A stretch of 64,000 bases of DNA from the human T2T-CHM13v2.0 reference genome, Homo sapiens: NCBI RefSeq assembly GCF_009914755.1, contig NC_060941.1. One strand, written 5' to 3'. A program made the translations under genes and the position numbers. Positions 26,455 to 44,947 of this stretch are shown in pieces. Under the pieces are notes generated by a model. The model made no database searches. It had not been told where the DNA came from and saw only the letters and a list, made by a program, of their open reading frames with translations. Within the stretch, counting starts at the first letter, position 1, and each line of letters begins with the position of its first letter.

Positions 26455-28114
26455 TAACCTCTTCCCAGTATTTTATATTCATCATATATATTTTAAATAA
26501 ATATTGCACATTTTCTTCTTTAAAGTATTTCTTTTTACTTAATTTCAGACTTATAGAAAAGTTGTGAAAATGGTACAAAGGACTCCTCTCTAACCCTCAT
26601 CCAGATTTTCCAGATGTGAACATTCAATCACACTTGCTTTCTCTCGTCTCCCTCTTTCTGAACCTTTTCAGAGTAACTCAGAGATATGATGCCCCTTTAC
26701 ACCTCAATCCTTCACTGTGTATTTCCTAAAAACAAGGAATTCTGTTGCAGTCACCACAGTACAATGATCAAAATCAGGAAATTAATATTGATACAAACCT
26801 ATTATCTAATCTTGTTCATGGTTCACCATTTCTCCCAACAATGCCCTTTGTAAAAAAAAGAAAATCCCGTATCATATTTTGTGTTTGGTTATGTCTTTTT
26901 AATTTTCAGTCTTTCTTGCGGTGTCTTCATGTTGACATTTTGGAAGAATAAAGACCAGTTATTTTGTAGAATGTCCCTTAATTTGGAGTTGCCTGATGTT
27001 TCCTCAAGATTAGGGTCAAGTTATATGCTTTTCTGGCAAAAACACCACAGAAGTGATGTCATGTTCTACTTAATGTGTCCTGTTAGGAGGCACATTATGT
27101 CCATTTGTCCCATTCCTGGTGATGTCAACTTTGAGCATGGATCCTACATTTTCATTCACAATAGTAACAGAAAAATTCCTTATCTCTTTCAAAATTTTTA
27201 GAAACATCATTCCAGTGTCTACAAAATATTTTATTTATGGATGTGTCATAATTTTATAACTGATCATATTTATGTTATCATTGCATTGGTTAAGAACCAA
27301 TGCATGTATCATATCATATCACAATGAAGTTAAAAATTTTATTGCACACCTGATTTTAATAAAAATATTTTTAGTGTTTTTGTTTTTTTTTTGAGATGGA
27401 GTCTTGCTCTGTGGCCCAGACTGGAGTGCAATGGTATGATCTCTGCTCACTGCAATCTCTGCCTCTGGGTTTAAGTGATTCTCCTGCCTCAGCCTCCCGA
27501 GTAGCTGGGATTACATGTGCCTGCCACCACACCCAGCTAATTTTTGTATTTTTAATAGAGACCGGGTTTCACCATGTTGACCAGGCTGGTCTTGAACTCC
27601 TGACCTCAGGTGATCCATCTGCCTCAGCCTCCCAAATTTCTGGGATTAGAGGCATGAGCCACCGCACCCAGCCAATCTGCCTTTTTTTATGGCTGCATGG
27701 TATTCCAAGATATATATGTACCACATATTCTTTATGCAGTCTATTAGTGATGGGCATTTAGGTTGATTCCATATCTTTGCTATTGTGAATAGTGCTGCAA
27801 TGAACATATGCATGCATGTGTCTTTATAACGGAATGATTTATATTTTTGGGGGGTATACACCTAATAATAGGATTGCTGAGTCAAATAGTATTTCTGTTT
27901 TTAGGTCTTTGAGGAATCATCACACTGTCTTCCAGCAATGGTTGATCTAATTTACACTCCTACGCGTATTATTATTATTATTTTTTAGACAGGTCTCACT
28001 CAGTTGCCCAGGCTGCAGTACAGTGGCATGATCTTGGTTCACTGCAGCCAAAACCTCCTGGCTCAAGTGATCCTCCTGTCTCAGCCTCCCAAAGTGCTGG
28101 GATTACAGGTGTGA

Positions 28115-28390
<276 letters not shown>

Positions 28391-28879
28391 TGAGTAGCTA
28401 GGACTACAGGCGTGTGCCACCACGCCCAGCTAATTTTTGGAATTTTAGTAGAGACGGCATTTCACCATGTTGGCCAGGCTGGTCTCGAACTCCTGGTCTC
28501 AGGTGATCTGCCTGCCTCGACCTCCCAAAGTGCTGGGATTACAGGTGTGAGCCATGGGTGCCTGGCTCCACATATTTGCTTTCTTGAGTGAGTGACAAAG
28601 GATTAGATCCAGAACACACTGCAGGATTATACCTATCCTAAGTACAAACTTACATAAAAATCATTCTTTATGTATATTGTAGCAGGAAAAAAAAGTCAAA
28701 AACTACTGTTGCAGAGACAGGACATAGAAATAGACCTGATAATTAAATAAGAGTGGGGATCATAAATATTGTCTTAAGCCTTTTGGGAACAACTAGATAA
28801 GCAAATGTAGCCAGTCAGAATAGTGGACATTTGTAATTTGCCTCTAAAGCATTTATTATTCCTTTTCTGAGCCACACCA

Positions 28880-28995
28880 AGGGTTACTGCATACAGCTGC
28901 ACAGGTTGTGCACCGCACAATTCCAAGGGATGCCAATCACATTGCAGACTATGTGAATGGTGACCCTGGAGTTGTGCAGTGCACAGTCTGTACCA
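28880..28995. mobile_element. MER91-like hAT-Tip100 MITE
   Basis: gcacaggttgtgcaccgcacaattccaaggg...ccctggagttgtgcagtgcacag palindromic arms. Confidence 0.7.
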
Positions 28996-29295
28996 CATTC
29001 CCAGTGATCTGGTCACAGCCCTGATTTTCCTTTGGGATCCACTGCTCACCCTCTCACAGTCAACACAATCTGATAGGATACTACCACTGGACCTAGAGTT
29101 ATAACACGTAACTAGGTCTAATGCATCCCATCCCTCTGGCCTCTGGGTCAATGGTGGTCACATGAACTAAACCTAAACTAATCCACTCAGTTGAATCACA
29201 GAACTCTTAATGTGATTGTACAGCCTTATGACATAATTTTCCAAATAAAGACTGATTTTTTTTTTACACTAACAGTACCTAATGAAGACAGCAAC

Positions 29296-29647
29296 TGTAT
29301 TAGTCCATTTTCACACTGCTATAAAGAAATATCCAAGACTGGGTAATCTATAAAGGAAAGAGGTTTAATTGACCCACAGTTCTGCATGGCCGGGGAGGCC
29401 TCAGGAAACTTGCAATCATGGCAGAAGGGAAAGCAGGCACATCTTACATAGCAGGAGAGAGGAAGTGAAGGGCGAAGAGTCCCTTATAAAACCATCAGTT
29501 CTTGGGAGAACTCACTCACTATCACGAGAACAGCATGGGGAAACCACCCCCATGATCCAATCACCTCCCACCAGGTCCTTCCCTCAACACCTGGGGATTA
29601 CAATTCAAGATGAGATTTGGGTTGGGACACAGAGCCAAACCATATCA
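29296..29647 (-). mobile_element. THE1D/MSTA-like MaLR solo LTR with 5-bp TSD GCAAC
   Basis: tgtattagtccattttcacactgct...gagccaaaccatatca; gcaac at 29291-29295 and 29648-29652. Confidence 0.9.
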
Positions 29648-31041
29648 GCAACTATCAATTAAGTGTGTCAACATGAAGAACTTATGTTTTTCTCCAAGCA
29701 CTGATGATGGCATCTTTACCAACTTAGCCACTCTCTTATCTGGTCTCTGGTGCTCAGTTGATGCCATTGAGATGGAGCTGCAATGAGTCTAGTAAATATA
29801 TTCTTAGAAAAATGTTTTTCTCTGACCAAAACAGAGACTGAACTACAAGAATCACCATAATCTCTAAGTAATCAGCCAAGGCTAGAACAGAATAGGCCAT
29901 GATGTATTGGGAGGTGGTGCATTCCCATCACTGCAGGTGATCAAACTCAGACTGGGCAATCACTCATAAAACACATAGTCAAGGAGATACAAATGTCCAC
30001 TGGGGGCTTAAACTATTATATTGCCAAGATGATGCCTGCAATGTGGGCTTTTAAAATGGTAAAGATATTCAAACGTATGCATATAAACAGAAACATGATA
30101 TTCTAAGAATTAAATAGACTGTGTTATATAGATTTGCCTCCAACATTTTTGGAAGCACAAGAGTGTGACGATGCTTTCCCTTGCAGGGAAACTCAATTGT
30201 GATGCCAGTATGTCAAGATTATCAACCAGATTCCAGGGTGGTTTTCTTCACAATTTTGTTGAGCTTGTCTATTTCTTCGTGCATTATATTATTTTTATGT
30301 CACTAATTTAAAATTTTAAGAAGACTTTTCCCATATATTTTCCCTATATAGCCATCGAAAAAGCACACACATAACACAGTGACTAATTTTTGTTGTCACT
30401 TATGTCTTTCACTTCACCAATTTGTTTACAGATTTATGGTTCATTGACTTTCACAGTTGGAAAATTAATGCTAACCCAATACTTTGTATAAATTTATTAT
30501 GATTTTACTGTAAATTATTTTGCAGTAGATTGCTTGACTGACGTGGTGTAAAACTCTATAGTATATAAATGAAAACATTAAGCAAGTTGAAGGCACAAAA
30601 TCAGCTAGCACCCTAATATAGTAGCTTTTGAGTGTGAAACTTTATTTTTTAATGGCACAGATATCGTTAAGTGTACAGCTCAATGAATTTTCACAAACTG
30701 AACATATCCATATAATTCTCAGCCAGATCAAGACACAGAGTGTCACTAGCTCCCCAAAAGCCCCCCTCATATTTGCTCTTAGTCACTAGCCACACCCGCT
30801 AAGTCCATATCCTGACTTCTAATTGATAGGTTAGTTTTGCCTGCGGTAAACTTTATGTAAATGGGATAGTACATTAGGACCTTTGTGAATGACTTCTCCC
30901 CCTCAATTTAGGTTTGTGAAATGTAGCCATGCTTTTGCATGTTGTTTGTTCCTTCTCGTTGTTGTATACTATTCCATTGCTTGATGTACCACAATTTATT
31001 TATCCATGCTACTGTTAATTGAGCATTTAGTTACTTGGTTA

Positions 31042-31371
<330 letters not shown>

Positions 31372-32286
31372 CTACCATGAACATTCTAGAACATGCCTTT
31401 TACTGAATATAAGTATGCATTTATGTTGGGCATATACCAAAGTACTATTTTAATCCTCCAGCGGTAGGGTTAAAATGTCTACCTGCTATCTAATGTGTGC
31501 TCAGCCTCATGAACAATGATATATTTTTTCTAGTCATGATGTTAAGAAGGCAGCTTACAGTTTTTCTGGTACAAGAAATACATGACATTTCAAAACATCC
31601 TAGTAAAACATTTGGAATGTATTTAGATCTTCATATACTTAAAGCCTTAACTCAGGAGTGTAAACGATTAACTTTTATTTTTATATCCCCACACTTAATT
31701 TCTATTTTGAGCCCCCATTCTGCCCAATGGCAGAAGAAACAATCTGAGTGAATGAAGAATGCCTACTCCTGCCTTTCCTCGCTGCACCTAAGTTCCAGAG
31801 GCCAAAGTGATGCTGGGGCTGCTAGTTGCCATTTATCTGGGCCACCATGTGCTGAGACCCCACCGTTCCCCTGTGGGGCCTGCTGGCTCCTGGGGAGTCT
31901 TTCCGGTCCTGGCTGCAGGGCCTCTTCAGATCTGCTGGTCCCTTTGCCGGGGCAGGGTGGGCAGGCAGCCTCTGCGCCCTCTCTCAGGAGTGTGGCCTGC
32001 ACGCTGCATGTCCACACTCGTGTACTGTGTATTCTCTTCCTCTGTGCCCATGTCTTGCTGTGTCCAGAGATACCCCTTGGTCCAGATTGGAGTGGGTAGC
32101 CTGGATCTCCATCTGTTCCTCCAAATCACTGTTGATGGCACGAACTTTATACCATGAATCTTCTAGGCCTTGGGAGTGTGAAACTCAGAAGCCCAGGTTG
32201 GTTCTTATAACACAAAAGCTTTTCACCTCTATCATGCTTTCCTTGAAGCAGTGAATGCTGATGGCTGCAGAGGAATGGAGGTGTAG

Positions 32287-32562
<276 letters not shown>

Positions 32563-32832
32563 TGATCGGCCCACCTCAGCCTCCTGAAGTGCTGGGATTA
32601 CAGGACTGACCCACCGCACCTGGCCCCTTCATTCTGTTACTTCTTTGAACTCCATTCATAATTGCTTAATTAATTTTTGTTTTTTTTGAGACAGGGTTTC
32701 ACTCTGCCACTCAGGCTGAAGTACAGTAGTGTGATCTTGGTTCACTGCAACTTCTGCCTCCCAGGCTCAAGCCATCCTCCCACCTTAGCCTCCCAAGTAG
32801 CTGGGACTATAGGTGTGCACCCTCACACCTAA

Positions 32833-33003
<171 letters not shown>

Positions 33004-33192
33004 TAACCCTTAATTTAAAAAACAAACAAACAAAACCTTTTCACAATACTACTTCAAGTTTGCTATGATAGCAACTTGATTTATATTAGATTGAATTCAG
33101 TGTAGGCTTTGGCAAAATTCACAGCTCTTTGTTATTTCTAAAATAGTTTCAAAATTCTAGATAAAAATTCAATAATAACAAACTATTATTAG

Positions 33193-33622
<430 letters not shown>

Positions 33623-34884
33623 TGAGAAAACTGAGGCACAAATAGGTGAACTGGCTTGCTTGAGGTCACAGAACTATGCTGTGAACCCATGCAGCCAAGA
33701 ACTTGCCGTGAACCTAGAGTCAATGCAAATAACCACCATGTTACAGGACCTCAATGCAGAGAAAGAACAGGATCTGGCAACTTTGTTATTACTTTCTCCT
33801 TTAAAACATTAAAATCCAGGAAGAAGTGCCCTTTCAGACAAGAAAAACTGATAGCTCCTTCCTACTGCTTTCTGAATCTTGGTTCCCACAAATTAAATAA
33901 ACTAGTCTCTACTGTGTAAATAGCAGAGTGAACTGATGGAATTATTTGTTACAATTTCTAAGGTCAATTTGCAACATATAAACTTATATACAAGCAGGCA
34001 GTCATTGAAAATGTTTGCAGAAGGCTTATGAACTAAAGTTGATAAAAAGTATTAAACAATATGTGGACACACACACATACATCCACCCTACAGAGCAGAC
34101 AATCCCAAGTGCTACAGTGCTTGCGCAAATATCTTTAATGAAACTTAAGTTAATGCCTTCCAAAATAAAAGCAGCTGCTTGTTTCAATATTATCAGTGCG
34201 AAAGCTGTGATCTAAAGGCATCCGGTGGAATAAAAAGTCATTTTTATTTCACTACTTTAATCCCTAGTCCTGAAATAAGGGAACAAGCCCCACAGTATTA
34301 CATTTCACTTCCTAGTAACTAAAGGAATGTATACTCATAACGAAACTTCCTAACCTTACGGAAAGACACAATAGGGAAAAGGAAAAGTTCCCCAGAAAAT
34401 TTTCTCTCCAGAGATTATCATTATCAATGATTTTTATTTCTTCAGATTTTTTTCTATTCATATATGAGGTCAGTCTCTATCTGCAGGTATAGCTTTTATA
34501 AAACACAATTAACAACTCCAAAAGCCTTAGAGAGCAATGGAGAACTTCATTACAGCTTTGAGAAAATGAATAACTGAAAATTGCATGCATGTCGCAATAA
34601 AACTTCCAAAATGTCCACGTTAGCCATTTTCCCTCCATCTCACAAAACTGCCCTTTCTCCCTTCCTCCAAACTCATAGCTACCTTGTCTCAAACCTACTT
34701 CCTCTTATTTCTTTTCCTTTTATGTTTTCCTATTCAAAAGTAAAGCAGTCTATAGGCATTTTCAGTTTTCAGCCTAAGTGACCCCATGGTTGAACAATTT
34801 GTCAAGTAAATGAAGAATGCTTCCCCCTTAGAAAGGTCCCCCAAGGGAGGACAGAAACAGCAACAGAAAACACTCATAATTTAA

Positions 34885-35088
<204 letters not shown>

Positions 35089-35769
35089 TAGCTAATTTTT
35101 GTATTTTTAGTACAGACGAGGTTTCACCATGTTGGCTAGGCTGGTCTTGAACTCCTGACCTCAGGTGATCCACCTGCCCCAGCCTCCCAAAGTGCCGGGA
35201 TTACAGCACTTTTACAGCATGAGCTGCCATGCCCAGCCTATTTTATTTTATTTTGTTTTATTTTATTTAGAGACAGTCTTGCTCTGTCCCCAAGGCTGGA
35301 GTGCAGTGGCGTGATCATAGCTCACTTGGCTAATTTTTAAACTTTTTGTAGATATGGGGTCTGGGTATGTTGCCCAGCCTGATCTTGAACTCCTAGGCTT
35401 AAGTGATCCTCCTGCCCTGACCTCCCAAAGTGCTGGGATTACAGGCGTGAGCCATCCTGCCCAGCCTGTATCTATTATATAAGCTGGTTTTTTTGATTAC
35501 TTTAATGCAAATGAGATTATACCATACTCTGCTCTCTGTCACTTCCTATTTTCATGTAATTTATGTTAGACATCTGTCGATGTCAGTATAAATACATCTA
35601 GATCATTTTTTATAGTTGTATACCTTTCATTACATGGATGTTTCACAATTTACTTAGCTAACTACCTATTGTTGGACATTTGGTTATTTCCAAATTTTTG
35701 CTATTTTATATAATGCTGCACTTACATAAAATATAGTTTTATATAATTATGTTTAATTATGTACTACTA

Positions 35770-36054
<285 letters not shown>

Positions 36055-36182
36055 TCACACCACGGCACTCCAGCCAGCACGTCAAAGGCCCTGTCTCAAA
36101 AAAAGGAAGAAGCGGGGGAGGCAAATAAGTAGAGTGTAAGCCACCTCATCCAACCTTATTGGAACCAGTAGTTGACTGGTTA

Positions 36183-36392
<210 letters not shown>

Positions 36393-36642
36393 TCAGGAGG
36401 CTGAGGCAAAAAAAGAAGAAGAAATGCTATGTGAAGCCTTTTTATAAGCGCATTAATTTCATTCACGAGGGCAGAGCCCTCATGACCTAATCACCACCTT
36501 GAAGGCCTCACTTCTTAACATCATCACATTAGGTCTTAGATTATAACATGAATTTTGGAGGACTCAAGAAAAAAAAAGTGAAAGACAACCCACAGAATGG
36601 GAGAAAATACTTGCAAATTATATACAAAGTAGGCCCACTTTA

Positions 36643-36792
<150 letters not shown>

Positions 36793-36954
36793 TTACTCAG
36801 ATGTGGTGATATGTGCCTGTGGTCCCAGCTACTTGGGAGGTTGAGGTGGGAGAATCACGTGAGCTCAGGAGGTTGAGGCTGCAGTGAGCCAAGATAACAT
36901 TAATGTATCCCAGCCTGGGCGATAGACCGAGACCTTATCTCAAAAAAAAAAAAA

Positions 36955-36955
<1 letters not shown>

Positions 36956-37007
<52 letters not shown>
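36956..37007 (+). repeat. (TCTA)n tetranucleotide microsatellite at an Alu tail
   Basis: About 13 perfect units seen directly. Confidence 0.95.
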
Positions 37008-37008
<1 letters not shown>

Positions 37009-37129
37009 TCATATATAGATATAGATTAATATAGATATATAAACATATATTTATAGATATATAGATACATAAATATATAGCTATATATAAGTATATATTT
37101 ATAAATATATAGATATATATGTAACAAAA

Positions 37130-37717
<588 letters not shown>

Positions 37718-37850
37718 TCTGACAATGGACTTGGATCTAGAATACATAAAGAACTCTTACAACTTGATAATAAAAAGGATATAACCCAATTTTAAAATGG
37801 ACAAAAGATCTGAACAGATATTTCTCCAAAGAAGATATACAAATGGTCTA

Positions 37851-38027
<177 letters not shown>

Positions 38028-38214
38028 TCAGGCAGATGAGGCACAAGAATCACTCGAACCCGGGAGGCAGAGGTTGCAATGAGCTAAGATTGCACCACTG
38101 CACTCCAGCCTGGGCAACAGAGCAAAACCCCACCTAAAAATAAATAAATAAATAAATAAAAATAAAAGAAAGAAAATAAATGGCCAATAAGCACCAGAAA
38201 ATACACTCAATTTC

Positions 38215-38584
38215 TGTCTTAGTCTGTTTGTGCTGCTATAACAAAATACCTGAGACTGAGTAATTTATAAGCAAAAAAAATTATTCCTCACAGTTCCGGA
38301 GGCTGGGAAATCCAAAATCAAGGTGATAGCACATTTGGCATTTGGTGAGGGCCTGTTCCATTGTTCCCGTTCTTGCAGTGGCATCTTCACACGGCAGGAG
38401 AAGAAAGGAAAAAAGAAGAAGAAATGTTATGTGAAGACTTTTTATAAGGGCATTAATTTCATTCACGAGGGCAGAACACTCATGACCTAATCACCACCTT
38501 GAAGGCCTCACTTCTTAACATCGTCACATTAGGTCTTAGGTTATAACATGAATTTTGGAGGACACAAACATTCAAACCATAGAA
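38215..38584 (-). mobile_element. MST-family (MSTC/D-like) solo LTR
   Basis: tgtcttagtctgtttgtgctgctataacaaaatacc...ggacacaaacattcaaaccatag. Confidence 0.85.
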
Positions 38585-38910
38585 ACATCATTAGCCATCA
38601 GGGAAGTGCAAATCCAAACCATGTTAAGATACCACTTCACACTCACAAGAATGGCTATAATAAACAGACAGATAATAACAAGTGTTGGAGAAAATGTGGA
38701 AAAATTGAAACACTCATATGTTGCTGGAGGGAATGCAAAATGCTTTGCAATGAAGTTGGAACTGCTTTGGAAATAGTCTGGCAGTTCCTCCAAAGCTTAA
38801 ACACAGAGTTATCATATGACCTGGCAATGCCAGGCTTCATCATATTCCCAAGGGAAATGAAAACATATGTCCACACAAAAAATTATACATGAATGTTCAT
38901 AGCAGCATTA

Positions 38911-39249
<339 letters not shown>

Positions 39250-39484
39250 CTACAACGGAGTATTATTGAGCCATAAAAAAAAAGGAAATAAGTACTGACA
39301 CATGCTATAACATGAATGAACCTTCAAAACATTAGGTTACTTGAAAAAAGCCAGTCACAAAAGATCACAAATTGTATGGTTCCATTTATATGAAATGTCC
39401 AAATAGGCAAATCCCATCCTAAAAGAAAGTAAATTAGTGGTTGCCTAGGACTGAGGGATGGAGGAAATGGGGAGTGACTGCTCA

Positions 39485-39841
<357 letters not shown>

Positions 39842-40063
39842 TCAGGCAAAGGGAAGAGAAGTGCAATGGTGCTATTTCAGGCAGAAGCTTGTCAGGTTTG
39901 CTGTGGTGTGGCTAATGTGGAAGGACTCAGTGGGAAGGAAAAGAGATGAGGGCACAGTAGTGGGCAGGGCCAAGATAAAATAAAGCCATATGCACACTGT
40001 TACATTTTTTCCTTGTCCAATATATTTCATTAAATGTAGACAAAACTTATTATAAAGACATAA

Positions 40064-40444
<381 letters not shown>

Positions 40445-40971
40445 TAAGATTGTCAGGTGCTTTCTGGACAGGAAATGCCTTAATTTATGACTCACAAACA
40501 AATGTAGGTGATCAAATGCATATCTATGTCTTCAATGGAAATATATATACATATAAGTCATTAACGAAGACAAATGAGAACATGAAATTCATGATATATT
40601 TTCTTTTCCATCACCTAGCCCCCTAAAGGAGAGATCTTTTTCATTCAGAGCCCTGGGTTTTGTTTTGTTTCATGATTTGCTTTTTTTTTTTTTAAATAAG
40701 AGTTTATTTATTTATTTATTTGAGACAAGATTTCACTCCCATCAGCCAGGCTGGAGTGCAATGGCGTGATCTCAGTTCACTGCAACTTCTGCCTCCTGGA
40801 CTCAAGTGATTCTCTTGCCTCAGCCTCCTGAGTAGCTGGGACTACAGGCACGTGCCACTGCATCCAGCTAATTTTTTGTAGAGACAGGGTTTCACCATGT
40901 TGGCCAGGCTGGTCTTGAACTTCTGAGTTCAAGCGATCTGTCTGCCTCTGAGTCTCAAAGTGCTAGGGTTA

Positions 40972-41427
<456 letters not shown>

Positions 41428-41532
41428 TCAAGGGCTTCTCCTGCCTCAGCCTCCCCAGTGGCTGGGCTAATAGGCACACACCACCATGCCCAGCTCTCCA
41501 TACTGATTTTTTTTTTTTTTTTTTTTTTTTGA

Positions 41533-41676
<144 letters not shown>

Positions 41677-42014
41677 TAATTTTTTGTATTTTTAGTAGAG
41701 ACGGGGTTTCACCGTGTTAACCAGGATGGTCTCGATCTGCTGACCTCGTGATCCGCCCGCCTCGGCCTCCCAAAGTCCTGGGATTACAGGCGTGAGCCAC
41801 CGCGCCCGGCCCATACTGATTTTTAAATTAAAAAAATCTACATTCTATATTCGCATCATAGCTTCTCCCTAATAAAATCTTTGTGAGTGTTTATGGGACT
41901 TATTCCCTGGAAAATCTGCAAGCAGCCTGGTAGCTTTATATACACAGGAAAGCCAAAGGACAAACTAGGAATTACGTCAGAGATGGGGAAAGACTAAGGA
42001 TCTTACCCAAATCA

Positions 42015-42371
<357 letters not shown>

Positions 42372-43467
42372 TTATAGAGCAAAAGTTCATAAAAATAAAT
42401 ATTCTAATTAACTCTCCTACATCTTATAAACACTATTACCAAACCCATTTAAGATTGAAGATAAATTATATCATGGCATGGGTAAAGATTTTCAATAAGG
42501 AGTTGCTAGGATAAAAGCCAAAATTCTCCAGCATAAATTCACTGACAGGGATTTCTGTTTAATCTTTTCAAAATTCTAATACCCAATTTATTTCCTCTAG
42601 AGAATAACTTGTGTAGAATCATAACCTCTTTGGTGGACCTTGATTTTTCCATCTGTAAAAGTATAGAACTAGTTTTGACTTAACAGTCAACAAATGCCTA
42701 CCCTCTCCATATCTAGCTGATTAGAGCGCCCTCATGTGCGCATTTGCTGTAATGTTTTAGAAATCTGAAAAAGACAATATTAATCTCAGCAGTAATACAA
42801 TAAATAATGTCTTCATTTGCACATTTATAGCAAATGCTATAAATATATAGCTCCAAGTATTACGCAGTAAAAGCTAAAGGCAAATGCTGTAGTAGGTTAA
42901 TCTTACTGTCGTTCACTATCAAACCTTTCATATGCCAATTTTATCCTAAAACAGTGAAGTTATTCTTTTGGTTTCAATTTTAATTTAATGACTTAAGGGA
43001 TTTTTTCCCTTAAAACTTCTAAGTATTTCATTATAATATTATTTCATCATTAGGCTTAAAGGAAAATATGTGGTCAATTGAGTTGTTATTTACTATACAT
43101 GATAGCTTGACATCATCTTTTTAGGGATGGAAAACAGCTCCAGGGACCAAGTCTAACTCAGTTTTTTGGTATAAGAATTTACCTGTCGGCCGGGCACAAT
43201 GGCTCACACCTGTAATCCCAGCACTTTGGGAGGCTGAGGCGGGCGGATATAGGTCAGCAGATCAAGACCAGGAGTTCAAGACCAGCCTGGCCAAGATGGT
43301 GAAACCCCATCTGTACTAAAACTACAAAAATTAGCCAGGTGTGATGGCAGGCATCTGTAATCCCACCTACTTGGGAGGCCAAGGCAGGAGAATCACTTGA
43401 ACCCGGTTCAAGTGAGCTGGTTGCAGTGAGCCAAGATCACGCCACTGCACTCCAGCCTGGGCAATAA

Positions 43468-43983
<516 letters not shown>

Positions 43984-44255
43984 TAAAAAATGTTAATGCC
44001 CTCAAATATTCTCCTATCCAATCACTGTATTTTAAATGGCATTCCTCCAACAAATATTTGTTGAGCCCCCACTATGTGCCAGGATTGAAATGTCAAATTG
44101 AAGGAGGCAATAGCTACTGAAGTAAAGCAAAAAAAAGTACTGGTTATTTTTCCTTCTATAAAATGACCTAGTAATAACCGCTTTACCCAGGAGAGTTGCT
44201 GTAAAGATCTAATAACATGACACATATAACCACACCCCTCAAGAATGAGGTGTTA

Positions 44256-44550
44256 CCGCATGTTCTCACTCATAGGTGGGAATTGAACAATGAGAACACA
44301 TGGACACAGGAAGGGGAACATCACACTCTGGGGACTGTTGTGGGGTGGGGGGAGTGGGGAGGGATAGCATTAGGAGATATACCTAATGTTAAATGACAAG
44401 TTAATGGGTGCAGCACACCAGCATGGCACATGTATACATATGTAACTAACCTGCACATTGTGCACATGTACCCTAAAACTTAAAGTGTAATAATAATAAA
44501 ATAAAAAAATAAAAAAAAAATTTGCTTAAATAAATATTATAATAAAAAAA
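44256..44550 (+). mobile_element. 5'-truncated young L1PA (PA3/PA4-like) with TSD gaatgaggtgtta
   Basis: ccgcatgttctcactcataggtgggaattgaacaatgag...catgtaccctaaaacttaaagt plus A-tail; TSD at 44243-44255 and 44552-44564. Confidence 0.92.
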
Positions 44551-44694
44551 TGAATGAGGTGTTATTAAAATGTTTGCAAGAGAAACCCTAGGAATTCCAA
44601 GCACATATTTTAGGAATGGTTTCTTGTGTAGAAAATCCTGGAATGTGAGGCTCTGCTCATTTTTTTAATGCATATTCTCTTCTTATGTATGTGG

Positions 44695-44731
<37 letters not shown>

Positions 44732-44737
44732 AGATAG

Positions 44738-44947
<210 letters not shown>

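Noticed and set aside
29698-29786. Plus-strand frame STDDGIFTNLATLLSGLWCSVDAIEMELQ*
   Set aside because: No donor or partner exons; the - strand AG..GT reading of 69 nt fits better.
38548-38892. 114-aa ORF and overlapping ORFs
   Set aside because: Decayed L1 ORF2 C-terminus fused to LTR sequence.
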